DNA of 64,000 nucleotides from Octopus sinensis (taxonomy: Eukaryota): positions 1 through 64,000 of the forward strand of contig NW_021836835.1 of assembly GCF_006345805.1 (NCBI RefSeq), read 5' to 3'. Shown in pieces: positions 24,550 to 38,090 of the stretch. The notes under the pieces were generated by a model. The model was not told where the DNA came from. It was given only the letters and a program-made list of their open reading frames with translations, and did not search any database. A program made the translations under genes and the position numbers. How positions within the stretch are numbered: position 1 is the stretch's first letter; each line of letters opens with the position of its first letter.

Positions 24550-25680
24550 CACATGCGCATTGGTGTTTTGCTTCAACACTTGAACAAGGAGGGCATGAGT
24601 TGGTGCGCTCCGTCCTAAAACTGAAAATTAAGAAGAAGTCCGTTCGAGGTAGGTGATTTTGTTTGTTTTGAGCTGGAACTTTTTTCAGTAAATTTCGCCC
24701 AGCTCTGGAACAGTTTGCCTGCTCTCGGAGGCTATTGCGATTTTTGCTTGTTGAAAAAATGTTGGGGGCGTATCCCGCCCAAAAATTGAAGTTTGTTCCA
24801 GTCATTGAAAACTTTTGTGGCCCATTGTGGTGAAGATTCGTCTTCTGCGGATTTAAGATTCCAGCTCGGAGTACCAGCCAAAGAAGAGGGCCAGGAGTAC
24901 CCTTGGCGGGAATTTGGAACCATATTTTTATTTCTTCCGTGTTTTTCCTTTTCTTTTTTGAACTGTCCTTTTTGTTTTCTTTTGTCTTATTTTTTACTAT
25001 TTGTTTTTCGTTCAGACTTTTTTTCTTTCTAGTGTATTTCTATTTTTGTGGACATTTGAACTTTCTTCCTCATGGTGATAAAGAATGGTGCCGCTGCTTT
25101 GGAGTGGGAGATTGTCCCACCCAAGCAGTGGTTAAAAGATATGGAGGAGAGAACGGTGGTGGTTAGAACTTATTCTAAAGTTCTTAATTCTATCACCGTC
25201 TTCTCGAAACCAGTTATAGAAAATGAACTGAAAGACTATTTGTCCTCTGTGAAATACATATCCCGTGGTGTCAAACATGATGTTTGACAACCGGGAAAAG
25301 GCTCGCAAATTTGTGAGTCTGCCTTTAGAGGGCAACGATATTCTGTTCCCCCCGACGTACTGCGGGAGGAAATTAAAAAGAGCATGGGTATGTGGGTTAC
25401 CCCCAGGCACCGAGGCGGGTTGGATTGAAGATACCATCCGACGGGGACTGGGGGATAGTGGGCCCAGGCTCTTAAATGAAAGTGTATTGCCAGTGGTCGA
25501 TTGGGAAGGGTCAAAAGCGATTTTGACACTGTGGTCCCCATCGGCCGCAACAGATCTGGTTTTTCTAGATTTTTTTAAAGTGGCTGACAGCAGGTATCCG
25601 GTGATACTTGAGAGACGTCCCCCAAAGTGTCACTCGTGATAGCAAGCAGCCCACATTGAAAAGAACTTTTAAAAAAAGGA
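24550..25680 (+). mobile_element. 5'UTR plus frameshifted ORF1 (gag-like, eroded CCHC knuckle) of a non-LTR retrotransposon, probably Tx1/L1-like
   Basis: ORFs 25072-25287 and 25265-25639 join by frameshift and end in ERRPPKCHS**QAAHIEKN (degraded CX2CX4HX4C). Homologous to the ORF1 at 55.5-56.9 kb. Begins next to a SINE head at 24512-24545. Confidence 0.6.
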
Positions 25681-25883
25681 GATGTGGAACACGAGTTGTG
25701 ATATATAAAAAAAGGAAATGAAGAAAATGCTGACAAAATAATTTAAGTAAGGGAGAGTGTATTTAATTAGGTGCAAGTTCTTTTTACCGGTTGCGCATTT
25801 GTTATGCTTATCAAAAGATATTTTTTTAAGAGAGATAGAGTTCCTTTCTGATAGATTTTTTTCTCTTATCTTATATATATATA

Positions 25884-25914
<31 letters not shown>

Positions 25915-27031
25915 GTATATATATATAGGTATGTATGTATGTACGCATAAATATACATATGCAAATACATGTATATATATTCGCGTGTATAAGTAATATT
26001 TTACGGACGCCCCAAAATTGAACTACATTAAAGTCAAATTTCAGAGGGACGGAGAGAGAGAGAGTGTGTGTGTGTGTGTGTATGTGTGTGTGTGTGTGTC
26101 TGTGTGCGTGTGTGTGTGTGTTAGAAAGAGAAAGAGTAAGTGAATTAAACAGGCAGACTTAAAGAAAGAAAAGAGAGAAAGAGAGAAAAGGCAGAGAATC
26201 GCTTGAAAAGTATGAGCGAGATGAGTGTGCATGTGTCTAGAAATGTCTTTGTGTGGGCTGGGCATGTTATGCTGCAGTAAAAGAAATTATTGCTGAATTC
26301 TGCCATGGTTTATATCTACAATTGCACTTATATCCGTTATTATTATTTTTATACTTTTTCCTGTATCTTGCTCATCCAATACATATTCCTTTCATGCTGA
26401 CATGTTACCTATTACCATGTATCCGTCACCATTACATTTATCACACATCGTATATAGGTATTTATATATAAAAATATAAAAATAAATAAATAAATATACA
26501 TATTAATGTATATTTTTTATACATATATATTAGTTATGTATATAGATATTCATATATATATATACATACATATATACATACATATGAATAAAAAATGTTA
26601 TCTATGTTTTCAAATCTATATACACCCTTCCACAGTGACATGATTTTTTTTTTTTTTGCTATCACCTTTCGACTATTTATTTGTTTCGGATATATCGGCA
26701 GAAGAAATATTTTACCAGTCATCATGTTATGATCGTAAATCAGAGGATGTGTATTTTTAACAGATAATTCTATATTATCGATAGACCCATATGCGTGCAG
26801 ATGCGATACATATACATGTATACATGTAGGAATATATGCATACGTAGATATGCAAAGATATATATACATGCAAGCATCTATATATACGAATTATCTTAAT
26901 ATACACACATACCTCTGTCTGTATATATATATAGATATTATATATATATATATATATATATATAATAATATATATATATAATATATATATATAATATATA
27001 TATATATTTATATTATATATATATATTGTAT

Positions 27032-27082
<51 letters not shown>

Positions 27083-28918
27083 TCATATATATATATATTT
27101 ATACATATATATATATATATATATATATGAGTATATATATATACATATATTTATACATACATATGAGTATATATATATATATACATATATTTATACATAC
27201 ATATGTATATATATATATTATATATATATATATATATATATTTATGTGTATGTATGCATAAACGTGTACGTCACAGACATTGTCGATATTTTTTTCCGAT
27301 TAAAATGACATTTTTGTATTTATTTCATTTGCAATCAGTCAATCAATCAATGAGCCGATATATATATAAACATTTGTACTTCTGACTGAGGAGCAACAGA
27401 AACAGCATTTGATATTATTGGTCCAAATCTTCCTGGTTCGGTAAAATAACGAACCAATGTTCATTATTTTATTCTACGTCTCCTCCGTTAATTTGCACCT
27501 CATTGCAAATATTTGTACTCCTTATTAAGTTACTTCCCAACATATGAGATAATCAGAGGCGAATATATTTCTTGGCCATTTTCTATGTTTGCAGTTTAGG
27601 CATCCGTCGATGAACAACGAGTTTCATTGACATCGTAAAATTATACACTGCTGTGGTTGATAGTTGCATTCTGTGCTACAGGTTTGATGTTTAGACAAGG
27701 CATTCTCTCCGCACCCAATTGATAGCATGTCGACTAACGAAGCTTGAGATTTTGTTATTCCCGAAGACATTTATTTATTATGGAAATTCCTTGGCGGAAA
27801 CAAAAGCAGTTGTTAATGAAAGTCAGAGTCCTGATGCTATATGCACGCAAGACGAGTGGAAGTAGAGTAATTCAAAGTAAGATCAAGGGAAATGTAGATT
27901 AAAGAAAATACATCACATAAAAGATTGAAGAACAAAAGCAATGAGTGAGGACAAATGCTGGCAAAATTTTAATGTAGAATAATAATAAACAGCGAATATA
28001 AATGCTTCAATCACACCAGAAACGTGTATTCTTGGGAGAAATGCGAGAAATATAAGAATGTTTGCTGAAGAAAGCAAAATATTGAACTTTTGTTTAAGAA
28101 CAGAAATAAAAGTCATCAAAAATGATGAAGTGAGATCGTTGAACAAGTTTCCGATTGAAACGGAGAATAGACCACAAGAACTCAGCTATTACAGTCGTTA
28201 TATAAATAATGCAAAGTATACATTATAATAGACATTGAAAAGGTCATTTGAAATCAAAGATTGGGTGAGAAGCATGAAATATATTTCAGCAAGAATTATC
28301 CGAAGAATCCTTGATTGAAAGAAGATATAAACAAAAATCCATATAGATCCAAGGTCACTCTGCCCTGTAAGAGAATGTTTTTTTGTTTTTTCTTAAGTAA
28401 ATTTTCTCCGATTTACAAATGTTTGCATACGTTCCATATATTGGTAACACTTCAGAATACAAAAAGGATGTCGATACACAGTATTCAAATTACGCAGTGT
28501 CCAACAAGCCAGCGAGAGAACATTTACGTGATCTTCCGAAATAAGAGCCAAGTCTACATTATATCTTGTAGTTGCTTGTATAAAAGAAAAGAGTGGAGAA
28601 GTTGGTATTGACTGGTACATTTTTGACCATACATCTGCTTGATCATAAACAACTACGACAACAGATGCGGCTGCAGCATTTGCACCAATAATAATAAAAG
28701 ACAGCATACAGAACGTGGCACAAGAATCTACAAAGAAACATTGAAAGGGAACCATGAAACTACGATGCCTCCTCCGTAAACAACGGCTGAGTAAGTCTAG
28801 CTATCAGGCTTTGACATCGTCATAAGAAGAAGACTTATTTTTTGTGGTTGAGGAAAGAACGGCATGGTGGACGAACAATCTACGAGATCTACTTCCCAAC
28901 AAATAGTAACTGATGATG

Positions 28919-28919
<1 letters not shown>

Positions 28920-28967
<48 letters not shown>

Positions 28968-28971
28968 CAAC

Positions 28972-29003
<32 letters not shown>

Positions 29004-29191
29004 CAACAGTAGTAGTAGCAGTAGTAGCAACAGTAGTAGTAGTAGTAGTAGTAGCAACAGTAGTAGTAGTAGTAGTAGAGAGTAGTAGTGTAGTAGCAAC
29101 AGTAGTAGTAGCCAGTAGTAGCAAGTAGTAGTAGTAGTAGTAGTAGGTAGTAGTAGTAGCAACAGTAGTAGTAGTAGTAGTAGTAGCCAAC

Positions 29192-29223
<32 letters not shown>

Positions 29224-29251
29224 CAACAGTAGTAGTAGCAGTAGTAGCAAC

Positions 29252-29292
<41 letters not shown>

Positions 29293-29296
29293 CAAC

Positions 29297-29340
<44 letters not shown>

Positions 29341-29391
29341 CAGAGCAGTAGTAGCAGCAGCAACAGTAGTAGTAGTAGTAGTAGTAGCAAC

Positions 29392-29423
<32 letters not shown>

Positions 29424-29484
29424 CAACAGTAGTAGTAGTAGTAGTAGTAGTAGTAGCAACAGTAGTAGTAGCAGTAGTAGCAAC

Positions 29485-29522
<38 letters not shown>

Positions 29523-29550
29523 CAACAGTAGTAGTAGTAGTAGTAGCAAC

Positions 29551-29591
<41 letters not shown>

Positions 29592-29610
29592 CAACAGTAG
29601 TAGTAGCAAC

Positions 29611-29666
<56 letters not shown>

Positions 29667-29690
29667 GTGTTGTTGTTGTTGTTGTGGTCG
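28920..29690 (+). repeat. ~750-bp (TAG)n array with periodic CAACAG interruptions
   Basis: Direct reading; source of the poly-L/T/Y ORFs. Confidence 0.95.
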
Positions 29691-29826
29691 AATTCTGTTT
29701 CACGAAACTATTAGACGGGTCCTATTTGTCCTATTTGTACATTAACGATTCGTTTTGTATTCGATTATTTTTTTATTTTATTTTATTTATATGTGTTTCT
29801 AGAACAAAACGAATATAAAAACAGCG

Positions 29827-29873
<47 letters not shown>

Positions 29874-30148
29874 TGGGTGGGAGAGACTGGAGAGGGAGAA
29901 CTGAAAAGCTGAAAGATTGATCGATCGATCGATGAGTCTTGGAGGATTAGACGATAATATCACAAGACGATATAATGGTCTAATGGAAGCAGCTCCATCG
30001 ACCATGGCTTTCAGTCTCTTCTCCATTGCCTTATCGCTTCTCTTGCTTTGTATTTTTCTTTCATTTAGTTTTCGACTTTCGTTGTCTCTCCTCTCTTCTC
30101 TCTCTCATTCTCTTTCTCTCTCCATATATATATATACACATACATCTA

Positions 30149-30186
<38 letters not shown>

Positions 30187-30248
30187 TGTGTGGTGTGTGT
30201 GTGTACATACATGTATACATACATACATGTATACATGCTACTGTGTAC

Positions 30249-30280
<32 letters not shown>

Positions 30281-30288
30281 AAAAATAT

Positions 30289-30320
<32 letters not shown>

Positions 30321-30353
30321 TCATATATAAATATAATATATATATATTCATAT

Positions 30354-30414
<61 letters not shown>

Positions 30415-30452
30415 GTATATATACATATATAATATATATATATTATATATTA

Positions 30453-30491
<39 letters not shown>

Positions 30492-31268
30492 ATATATGCA
30501 GACATACATATATATGTGTGTGTGTATGTGTGTGAATGTGCGTGCTTGATGAATTCTTACCAATAAGATCGAAATAAATGGCCCAATAAACGTGAATTAC
30601 ACAAAGAAAATCGTAAAAACTTCTAATGCACGCCTGTATTGAACACTTGTTGCCTTTGTGATTGTGTATATATATGTATATATATATATGCTTTCATGTA
30701 TCTATATACAAGCATCTGTATGTGTATATGGCATGTCTGTGTGCATTTGACTGACAGAGGAATTGAGAGTAGTGGGGGGGGGGTCACTGAAAGTGAGAGA
30801 AATATGTAATGAAATGGACGGGAAAGTGAATATTTCTGAACTTTGTGTCCCGTTCTTCTTATATATTATTACATTTGCCGACATGAAGCGAAAAACTGGC
30901 AAACACAAATATCCTACATGTTATGTTCAGCCTCAACAATTTGCTACTTTAAAGTACAATGACACGCACATATGCATATATACTGTGTGTGGCAATAAGC
31001 TTTCTTCTCAACCACTTGGTTTCGGTTTCGCTCCCAATGCCTGGCACCTTGGGCAAGTGCTTTCTACTATAATCTGGGGCTCACCAAAACCTTCTGGATG
31101 GATTTAGCAGTTAGGCTCTAAAAGAAGCCCGATGTACACGCACGCACGCAGACACGCACACACACACACACACACCATACCCCCCCCACACACACACACA
31201 TACATAGAATGATTGCTAGAAGTTGACTGGAATCGAATGACTCTGGGCAGTATTGAAAATCGGAGCCT

Positions 31269-31312
<44 letters not shown>

Positions 31313-31324
31313 TGTGTGTACATA

Positions 31325-32062
31325 CGAGGGGTTACTAATAAAACCGGAGTTTTGCAATATTATTTCATTCACTTAGTTTTATAAGTTTTTATCTCCTTCA
31401 AAGTATTGTCCGGGCGCGTTTTCCTTCGTTCGAAACAGTCCCACACCTCTTCTGAAGAGAAACCTTTCAACGCCGACTTCATTTTTTTTCTTCACCAACT
31501 CCTCATCTGCAAAACGTTTTCTTTTAAGGACTGTTTTCATTCAAGGGAACAAAAAATGTTGCAGGGGGTGGTAGGTAAGCGGCTTCATGCCACTTTTAGT
31601 CAAAAACTGTCTCACACGAAAGGCGGTGTGCGCAGGTCCATTCTCGTGATGAAACTACCATTCTCCACACACTTTGCTTCTGATCGGGATGTTTTCGTCT
31701 CACTGCGTCCCGCAAATGCTTCAGAACTGTCAAGTAAGTTGTCTGGTTAACAGTTTGACCGACAGGAACAATTTCTGTGCGGACAATTCCTTTCGCTTCG
31801 ACGAAACAAATCAGCATCATCTTGATATTGAACAGCACTCTTTTACTTGTTTCAGTCATTTGACTGCGGCCATGCTGGAGCACCGCCTTTAGTCGAGCAA
31901 ATCAACCCCGCGACTTAATCTTTGTAAGCTCAGTACTTATTCTATCGGTCTCTTTTGCCGAACCGCTAAGTGACGGCGACGTAAAGACACCAGCATCGGT
32001 TGTCAAGCGATGTTGAGATGGACAAACACCACGACGCACAAACACGCACACACACACACACC

Positions 32063-32106
<44 letters not shown>

Positions 32107-32850
32107 TACGACAGGCTTCTTTCAGTTTCCGTCTACCAATCCACTCACAAGGCATTGGTCGACCCGAGCTATAGCAGAAGACATTTGCCCAAGAATGCCC
32201 GCAGTGGGACTGAACCTGGAACCATGTGGTTGGTTAGCAAGCTACTTACCACACAGCCACTTTTTTTTTTTTTTTTTGGGGTGAGCGTTGTTACATTGAA
32301 CTCTTCTATTGGCTTGATTGCTGCTTCGTTTACGGGTCGTAGCCTTGGCACCAGCTTTCGTCACCAGTGAAAACCTTTGAATAAAAGTCCGGATCGACTT
32401 CCAACTGTTCTTTCAGTTGAAGGATCAAAAGTTGTAACTGCTTTTTACCTTTCTTGAGCAAGCGAGGTTCAAATTTTGCTGCAACTCGTTCCATTCGCAA
32501 TTCCTCGCGCAAAATTCGTTCGCAGGATCTCCAGGACACACCAGTTATATCAACAAGCTTGTCAATTGTTTGGCGATCGTCCTCCAATATGAGTTCACGA
32601 TTTTCGTGATGTTTTCATTCGTTCGGGAGGTGGAGGAGAGCTCTGTATGAGGTTGGTCTTCAAGCGACAATTGACCATTCCTAGAGCGTGAAAACCACAC
32701 GTAAACATCTATTTTGCCCATGGCGGCGTCCTTATTAAGTTGTTTGAAGGATGGCAACTGTTTCAGCCGACTTTTCACCAAGCCGTTTCAGTCGTCGCAT
32801 AAAATCAACGGCGAAACAAATACAAACCACGTGATAGTACGACGCCTGTA
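31325..32850 (-). mobile_element. Near full-length decayed mariner split by a SINE insertion (~31845-32260)
   Basis: The N-terminal half (WFSRSRNG, EELRMERVAAKFEPRLL, KVFTGDESWCQGYDP) lies right of the SINE. The C-terminal half (KMMLICF...GIVRTEIVPVGQTVNQ, LKRKRFADEE) lies left and ends at TA-cgagggg. Confidence 0.8.
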
Positions 32851-33113
32851 CAGGCCGACGACGGGCGGCAGACTGATGCCTGACGGTCACATCAATTGGC
32901 TTTTAACAGCAGAAGCCTGAACTACAATAAGCTTGTCCCACAGAAAACATTTCCGATTACTTTTGAGTACCACCAGGTACATTTATATATGTATATACAT
33001 ACACATATACGTTTGTATACATACACACACACACACGCATATATATATATATATATATATATATAGTATGTATATATGTATATATGTTTCTTTCTGTGAT
33101 TCTTTTCTGTGTA

Positions 33114-33151
33114 TCTTTCTGTTAAAGAGCGTAGGCTCGAAACGTAAAAGA
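33114..33151 (+). ncRNA. Fossil Penelope-type minimal hammerhead ribozyme motif with a degenerate core
   Basis: Stem I TCTTT/AAAGA, core CTGTTAAA (canonical CUGANGA), stem II GAGC-GTAG-GCTC, then GAAAC-GTA with palindromic ACGT. Confidence 0.35.
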
Positions 33152-33253
33152 CTTGTTTTATTTATATTCCTGAGCGCCATACTAATACAATTGTTTGTTT
33201 GTATTCCACCTGCCTTCGTCTTTTGTTTATTTTCATAAAGCTTCCCGTTATAT

Positions 33254-33364
<111 letters not shown>

Positions 33365-34746
33365 TGTTTGCATACGTATATGTATATATATATATACTGG
33401 TTTGTGATGGGGATGTTTTGGGTCTGCATGTATATAAATATGTATATATGATTCAACTGAAATGTTTTCCTGCGGCAACGTGACCTTGCAGCAAACCAAG
33501 GAATTTTCAATGTCTTACTGGAATGTTACTCTCATCCAAATTAGATTTCAAGAGGAAATGCAACATATGAAGAATGACAAATAACCGAAAACAAAACAAG
33601 AGAAAGACCAAAAGAGTCTCGCTTCATACACGTAATATCTAAACTCAAAACAGACACATAAATATTCCTCATTTTGTTGAATAAATATTTTCTTCAATAA
33701 ATGCCATAAATTATTCGATAAAAATTGAGTAGAAATATATAACAACATATAACATTGTGCAAAATGTTGCTACTTGCAAACTAATCCAATAAACTTGGCT
33801 ATTCTTAAACAATTCCAACTGCATTAATTCAAATAATTGTCCACGCTACGGTGTGTATAAAATTCCTCACACTGTATACATGGCTACGTAAAACAAACAA
33901 CTCATCTATCATATATTGGTTTGAGTATGAGCCTCAGCAGCTTCAGTTGCCAGCAGTGTTCTTACACTTTTCATAATCAAAACCGAAGCCACGATAGTCT
34001 CTTTCAAATTATATATAGTATCTAAAAGCGTAAAGCAATCAATTTCAGATGGAAAACACTTTCTTCTTATGTCTCATATTATCACCACAAAACACCTGCA
34101 ATTCATAACAAACATGTTGGAAACCCCCTTTTAGAAAATATCCCTTTGCCACTGCTACATCGAACTTACTTGTATGTGTGTATGTATGTACGTACGTACG
34201 TGCGCCCTTGTGGCCATGGAATGACACAATAACATCAGACGCAACGCACGGTGCATAGATGACACCTCAGGTGAGATAATAAGGTTTTAAGGTGGGAGAT
34301 TTACATCTTGGTTTCGCTGTATTGAAAGATTCCAATAGTTAGACAGACGCACAGGCAAACAGACGCGCACATTCATACGTTTAAATCAATGCAAAGACAT
34401 ACAGACGCACACGTTATTAATCATACTCGTGGGTCCACGGCAGCACACACCACATGTATGTATGTCAGTCAATCACACACGCACACACAGCTATACACGC
34501 ATACACAAACACACCTACACACACGGTTGTATATTCCTCGGACACAATGCGACACATACAGAGATCATATCACCACTGCCACCATAGAGGAGCATATGCA
34601 CTCAGGTACGCCCACGCTCACACAGGCACACTCACACCTTCGCGGACCCACAGACACATACGCGCCTTATCACACGACCACCACAGGATATACAACTCCA
34701 AATGTACATTAACATCCATAATCTCAGATGTCAGCAGGCAAGTACA

Positions 34747-34801
<55 letters not shown>

Positions 34802-35049
34802 CCGGAGTAAACACATAAATGTGAAACAAGGTGGAAAAAAGAGTACTCAAATACCAGTGGTAGAGTAATATGCTTATTTAAAGCAGCAGAAAATTCAACA
34901 AAATCTGTTACTCTGAGTTTCACGTTCAGAGTAACAGGTTTTGTTGAATTTTCTGCTGCTTTAAATAAAGTATATATATATTCATAAATGCGTGTGTGTT
35001 GTTTGTGTATGTATCTAAGAATGCATGCATGCATATATGTATATCTTTA

Positions 35050-35760
35050 ATTATTTATGCATGTATGTATGTATGTATGTATGTATGTATGTATGTATGT
35101 ATGTATGTATGTGTGTATGTATGTATGTGTGTATGTATGTATGTATGTATGTATGTATGTATGTGTGTGTATGTATGTATGTATGTATGTATGTATGTAT
35201 GTATGTATGTATGTATGTATGTATGCATGTGTGTATGTGTGTATTATATGTGTATGTATGTGTGTATGTTGTGTTGTATGTATGTATGTATTGTGTATGT
35301 ATGTATGCAGTGTGTATGTGTGTATTAGGTGTGTATGTATGTGTGTATGTATGTGTGTATGTATGTATGTGTGTATGTATGTATGTATTTATGTGTTGTG
35401 TATGTATTTATGTATGTGTGTATGTAGTATGTATGTGTGTAGTATGTATGTGTGTGTGTATGTGTGTACGTATGTATGTATGTGTGTATGTATGTATGTG
35501 GTGTGTGGTCTGTGTATGTATGTATGTATGTGTGTATGTATGTATGTATGTATGTATGTATGTATGTGTGTGTGTATGTATGTATGTGTGTATGTATGTA
35601 TGTATGTGTGTATGTATGTATGTGTGTGTGTACGTACGTATGTATGTATGTATGTATGTATGTATGCATTTACGTACATATGTATGTATGTATGTATGTG
35701 TGCGTGTATGTGTGTACGTATGTATGTATGTGTGTATGTATGTATGTATGTAGGTAGGTA
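35050..35760 (+). repeat. (TATG)n/(TG)n compound microsatellite
   Basis: Direct reading; source of the MYVC-repeat ORFs. Confidence 0.95.
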
Positions 35761-36429
35761 AGTAAGTAGTTAGGTAGGGTAGCAGTGTGTTAGTGATGGT
35801 ACTTTTGAGGATACATACCATAAAAGGATTCGTATTATAAAAGCTGATTTTCAATAATTACAAACGGTGAAACAAATTCTTCCCTCTGCATTTATTGGCG
35901 CTCAAATATGGCGATTGGAAGCGACACGTTAAATGCACCGCTATATATACTACGACGATATTAACTTCATTTTCAGACACCACCACCACCACCACCACCA
36001 CCACCACTGCTACTACTACTACTACTACTACTACTACAGGAGAAGTAGGAATAGTGTGGTACGAGGAGTGTTATTTTGTCGTTTTTAATAATCCAGTAAC
36101 ACAATATCAATGTTCAAATATGAGATTCTTCGTCATATTTGATTATATTATCTTTTTTTTATATATTTCATTTCATTTGATTAATTATTACTTTTCTGGG
36201 TTTTTTTTTTGTTTTTGTTGATGTTTTATTCAATTGTCTTTTGCCCCGCTTTGTTTTCTTTCGCCCGCTTTCCTTCCTCGTCTCTTTCTTTCTTTCTTTT
36301 GTTTATATTCCTTCACCCAAGCCATTTCCATCACACAAACCATTTCCTCTCTTTTAATAGACTTATTTTCCTTTATTGCCAAGAAAAAACACAATATGTT
36401 TTTCATGTGTTTTATTAGTTTATGAATTA

Positions 36430-37425
36430 GCTCTTGTTGTTGCTATTGTTGTTGTTTGTGGTGGTTGTGTTCCTCTTCCTTTTCTTCCGCTCTTCTCTTT
36501 CTTTCTTCTCCTCCTTTCCTTTCTCCTTCTACTCCCCTTCTTTTTCTTCTTCATCTTCTTCTCCTCCTCCTTCTTCTCCTCCACCTCCTCCTCCTCCTCC
36601 TCCTTCTTCTTCTTCTTCTTCATCATCATCATCTTTTGCTTCTTCTTCCGCCTGTACTTCCTTCTGCTCCTCCTCCTTTCTTCTTCTTTCTCCTCCTCTT
36701 CTTTTCTTATTCCTATTCTCCATCCTTCGTCAGCTCCCTCTCTTCCTCCTCTTGTTCCTCCTTTGTCCCTCTTCTGCCTCTTTCTCCCCGCTTCTTCTTT
36801 CTCTCTTTCTCTCTTCTTCTTTTCCTTCTCCCTCCTCTTCTTCTTCATCATCATCATCATCTTCTTCTTCTTCTTCCTCTTCCTCTTCCTCCCCTTCTTC
36901 TTCTTCATCATCATCGTCATCTTCTTCTTCACCGCCTCTTCTTCTTCTTCTTCTTCTTCTTCTTCATCTTCTCCTTCTTATTCTTCTTATTCTTCTTCTT
37001 CTTCTTCTTCTTCTTCTTCTTCTTCTTCTTCTTCTCCGTCATCTTTGCCCACCCCTCCCCCGCCCTCTCTTTACGAGTCTCCATCGGGGGAAATGTGATA
37101 TTTATGTCAGATATCTTCTCAAATTGTCGCCCAAAAGTCTCTGATCTCATGAATCTGTCTTTTACTGAAATTTACAAATAAGCACCACCGAATTGGAACA
37201 CGGTGCAGCAACAATAGCTGGATCCTCTCTCCTATTCCAATTCTCTTTTTTTTCTTTTTTTTTCTTTTCTTTTTTGGTAAGTACCACCATTTTGGCAACA
37301 ATGTGGTTCTCTTGTGGTTCTTGCTGTTACCTCATGAGGATATTGTTTCTCGTGGAAGTTGCTGCTATTGATGCTGTTGTTGTGGTTGTTGTTGTTGATG
37401 ATGATGATGATGTTGATGTTGATGT

Positions 37426-37464
<39 letters not shown>

Positions 37465-38090
37465 CGAAGAGGAGGAGGGAGGAGGGAGAAGGGAGAAGGG
37501 AGAATGGAGGAGGAGAATGGAGGGGAGGAGGGAGGAGGGAGGAGGGAGAAGAGAGGAGGAGGGGAGGTTGACGATGATGCTCATGATGACGATGACGATG
37601 ATTATTATCTTGATAATGATGATGATGATGTCATTCCTGATAGAAACTGTTCTGTTTGTTGTTATCGTTGTTGTTATTGTTGTTCTTGTTGTTGCTGTTG
37701 ACAATGTACCGAAAGTGAAAGTGAGATTATTCGATATCATCAAGACAAATTCATTCTCCCCACAACAGGAGAGAAAGATTAGAGCAGAACGATGAGGTTG
37801 ATGATGATGATGATGATGATGATGATTGTGGTGATGCTGATGATGATGACGATGATGATGATGATGATGATGATGACGATTATGATGGTGATGGTGGCGA
37901 TGGTAGTGGTGATGATGATGATAATGGTGATGATGATAAAGAACAACAACAAGAAAAAGAAGATGACGACGACGACAACGACGATGATGATGATGGTGGC
38001 GATGGTAGTGGTGATGACAATGCTGATGATGATGATGATGATGATGACGATGATGCTTGTGGTGATGATGCCGATGCCGATAATGAAAAG
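36430..38090. repeat. Compound trinucleotide low-complexity blocks: (TCT/TCC/TCA)n, then (GAT/GAG/GGA)n
   Basis: Direct reading; source of the poly-S/L/F/M/D ORFs. Confidence 0.9.

Noticed and set aside
28920-29665. CRISPR-like regularly interspaced repeats
   Set aside because: Eukaryotic microsatellite with identical short interruptions; no unique spacers and no cas genes.
35025-35761. MYVC-repeat 'Cys-rich' ORFs
   Set aside because: (TATG)n/(TG)n microsatellite artefact.
36376-37181. Long 240-aa ORFs in several frames
   Set aside because: Low-complexity TCT/TCC repeats lack stop codons by composition.
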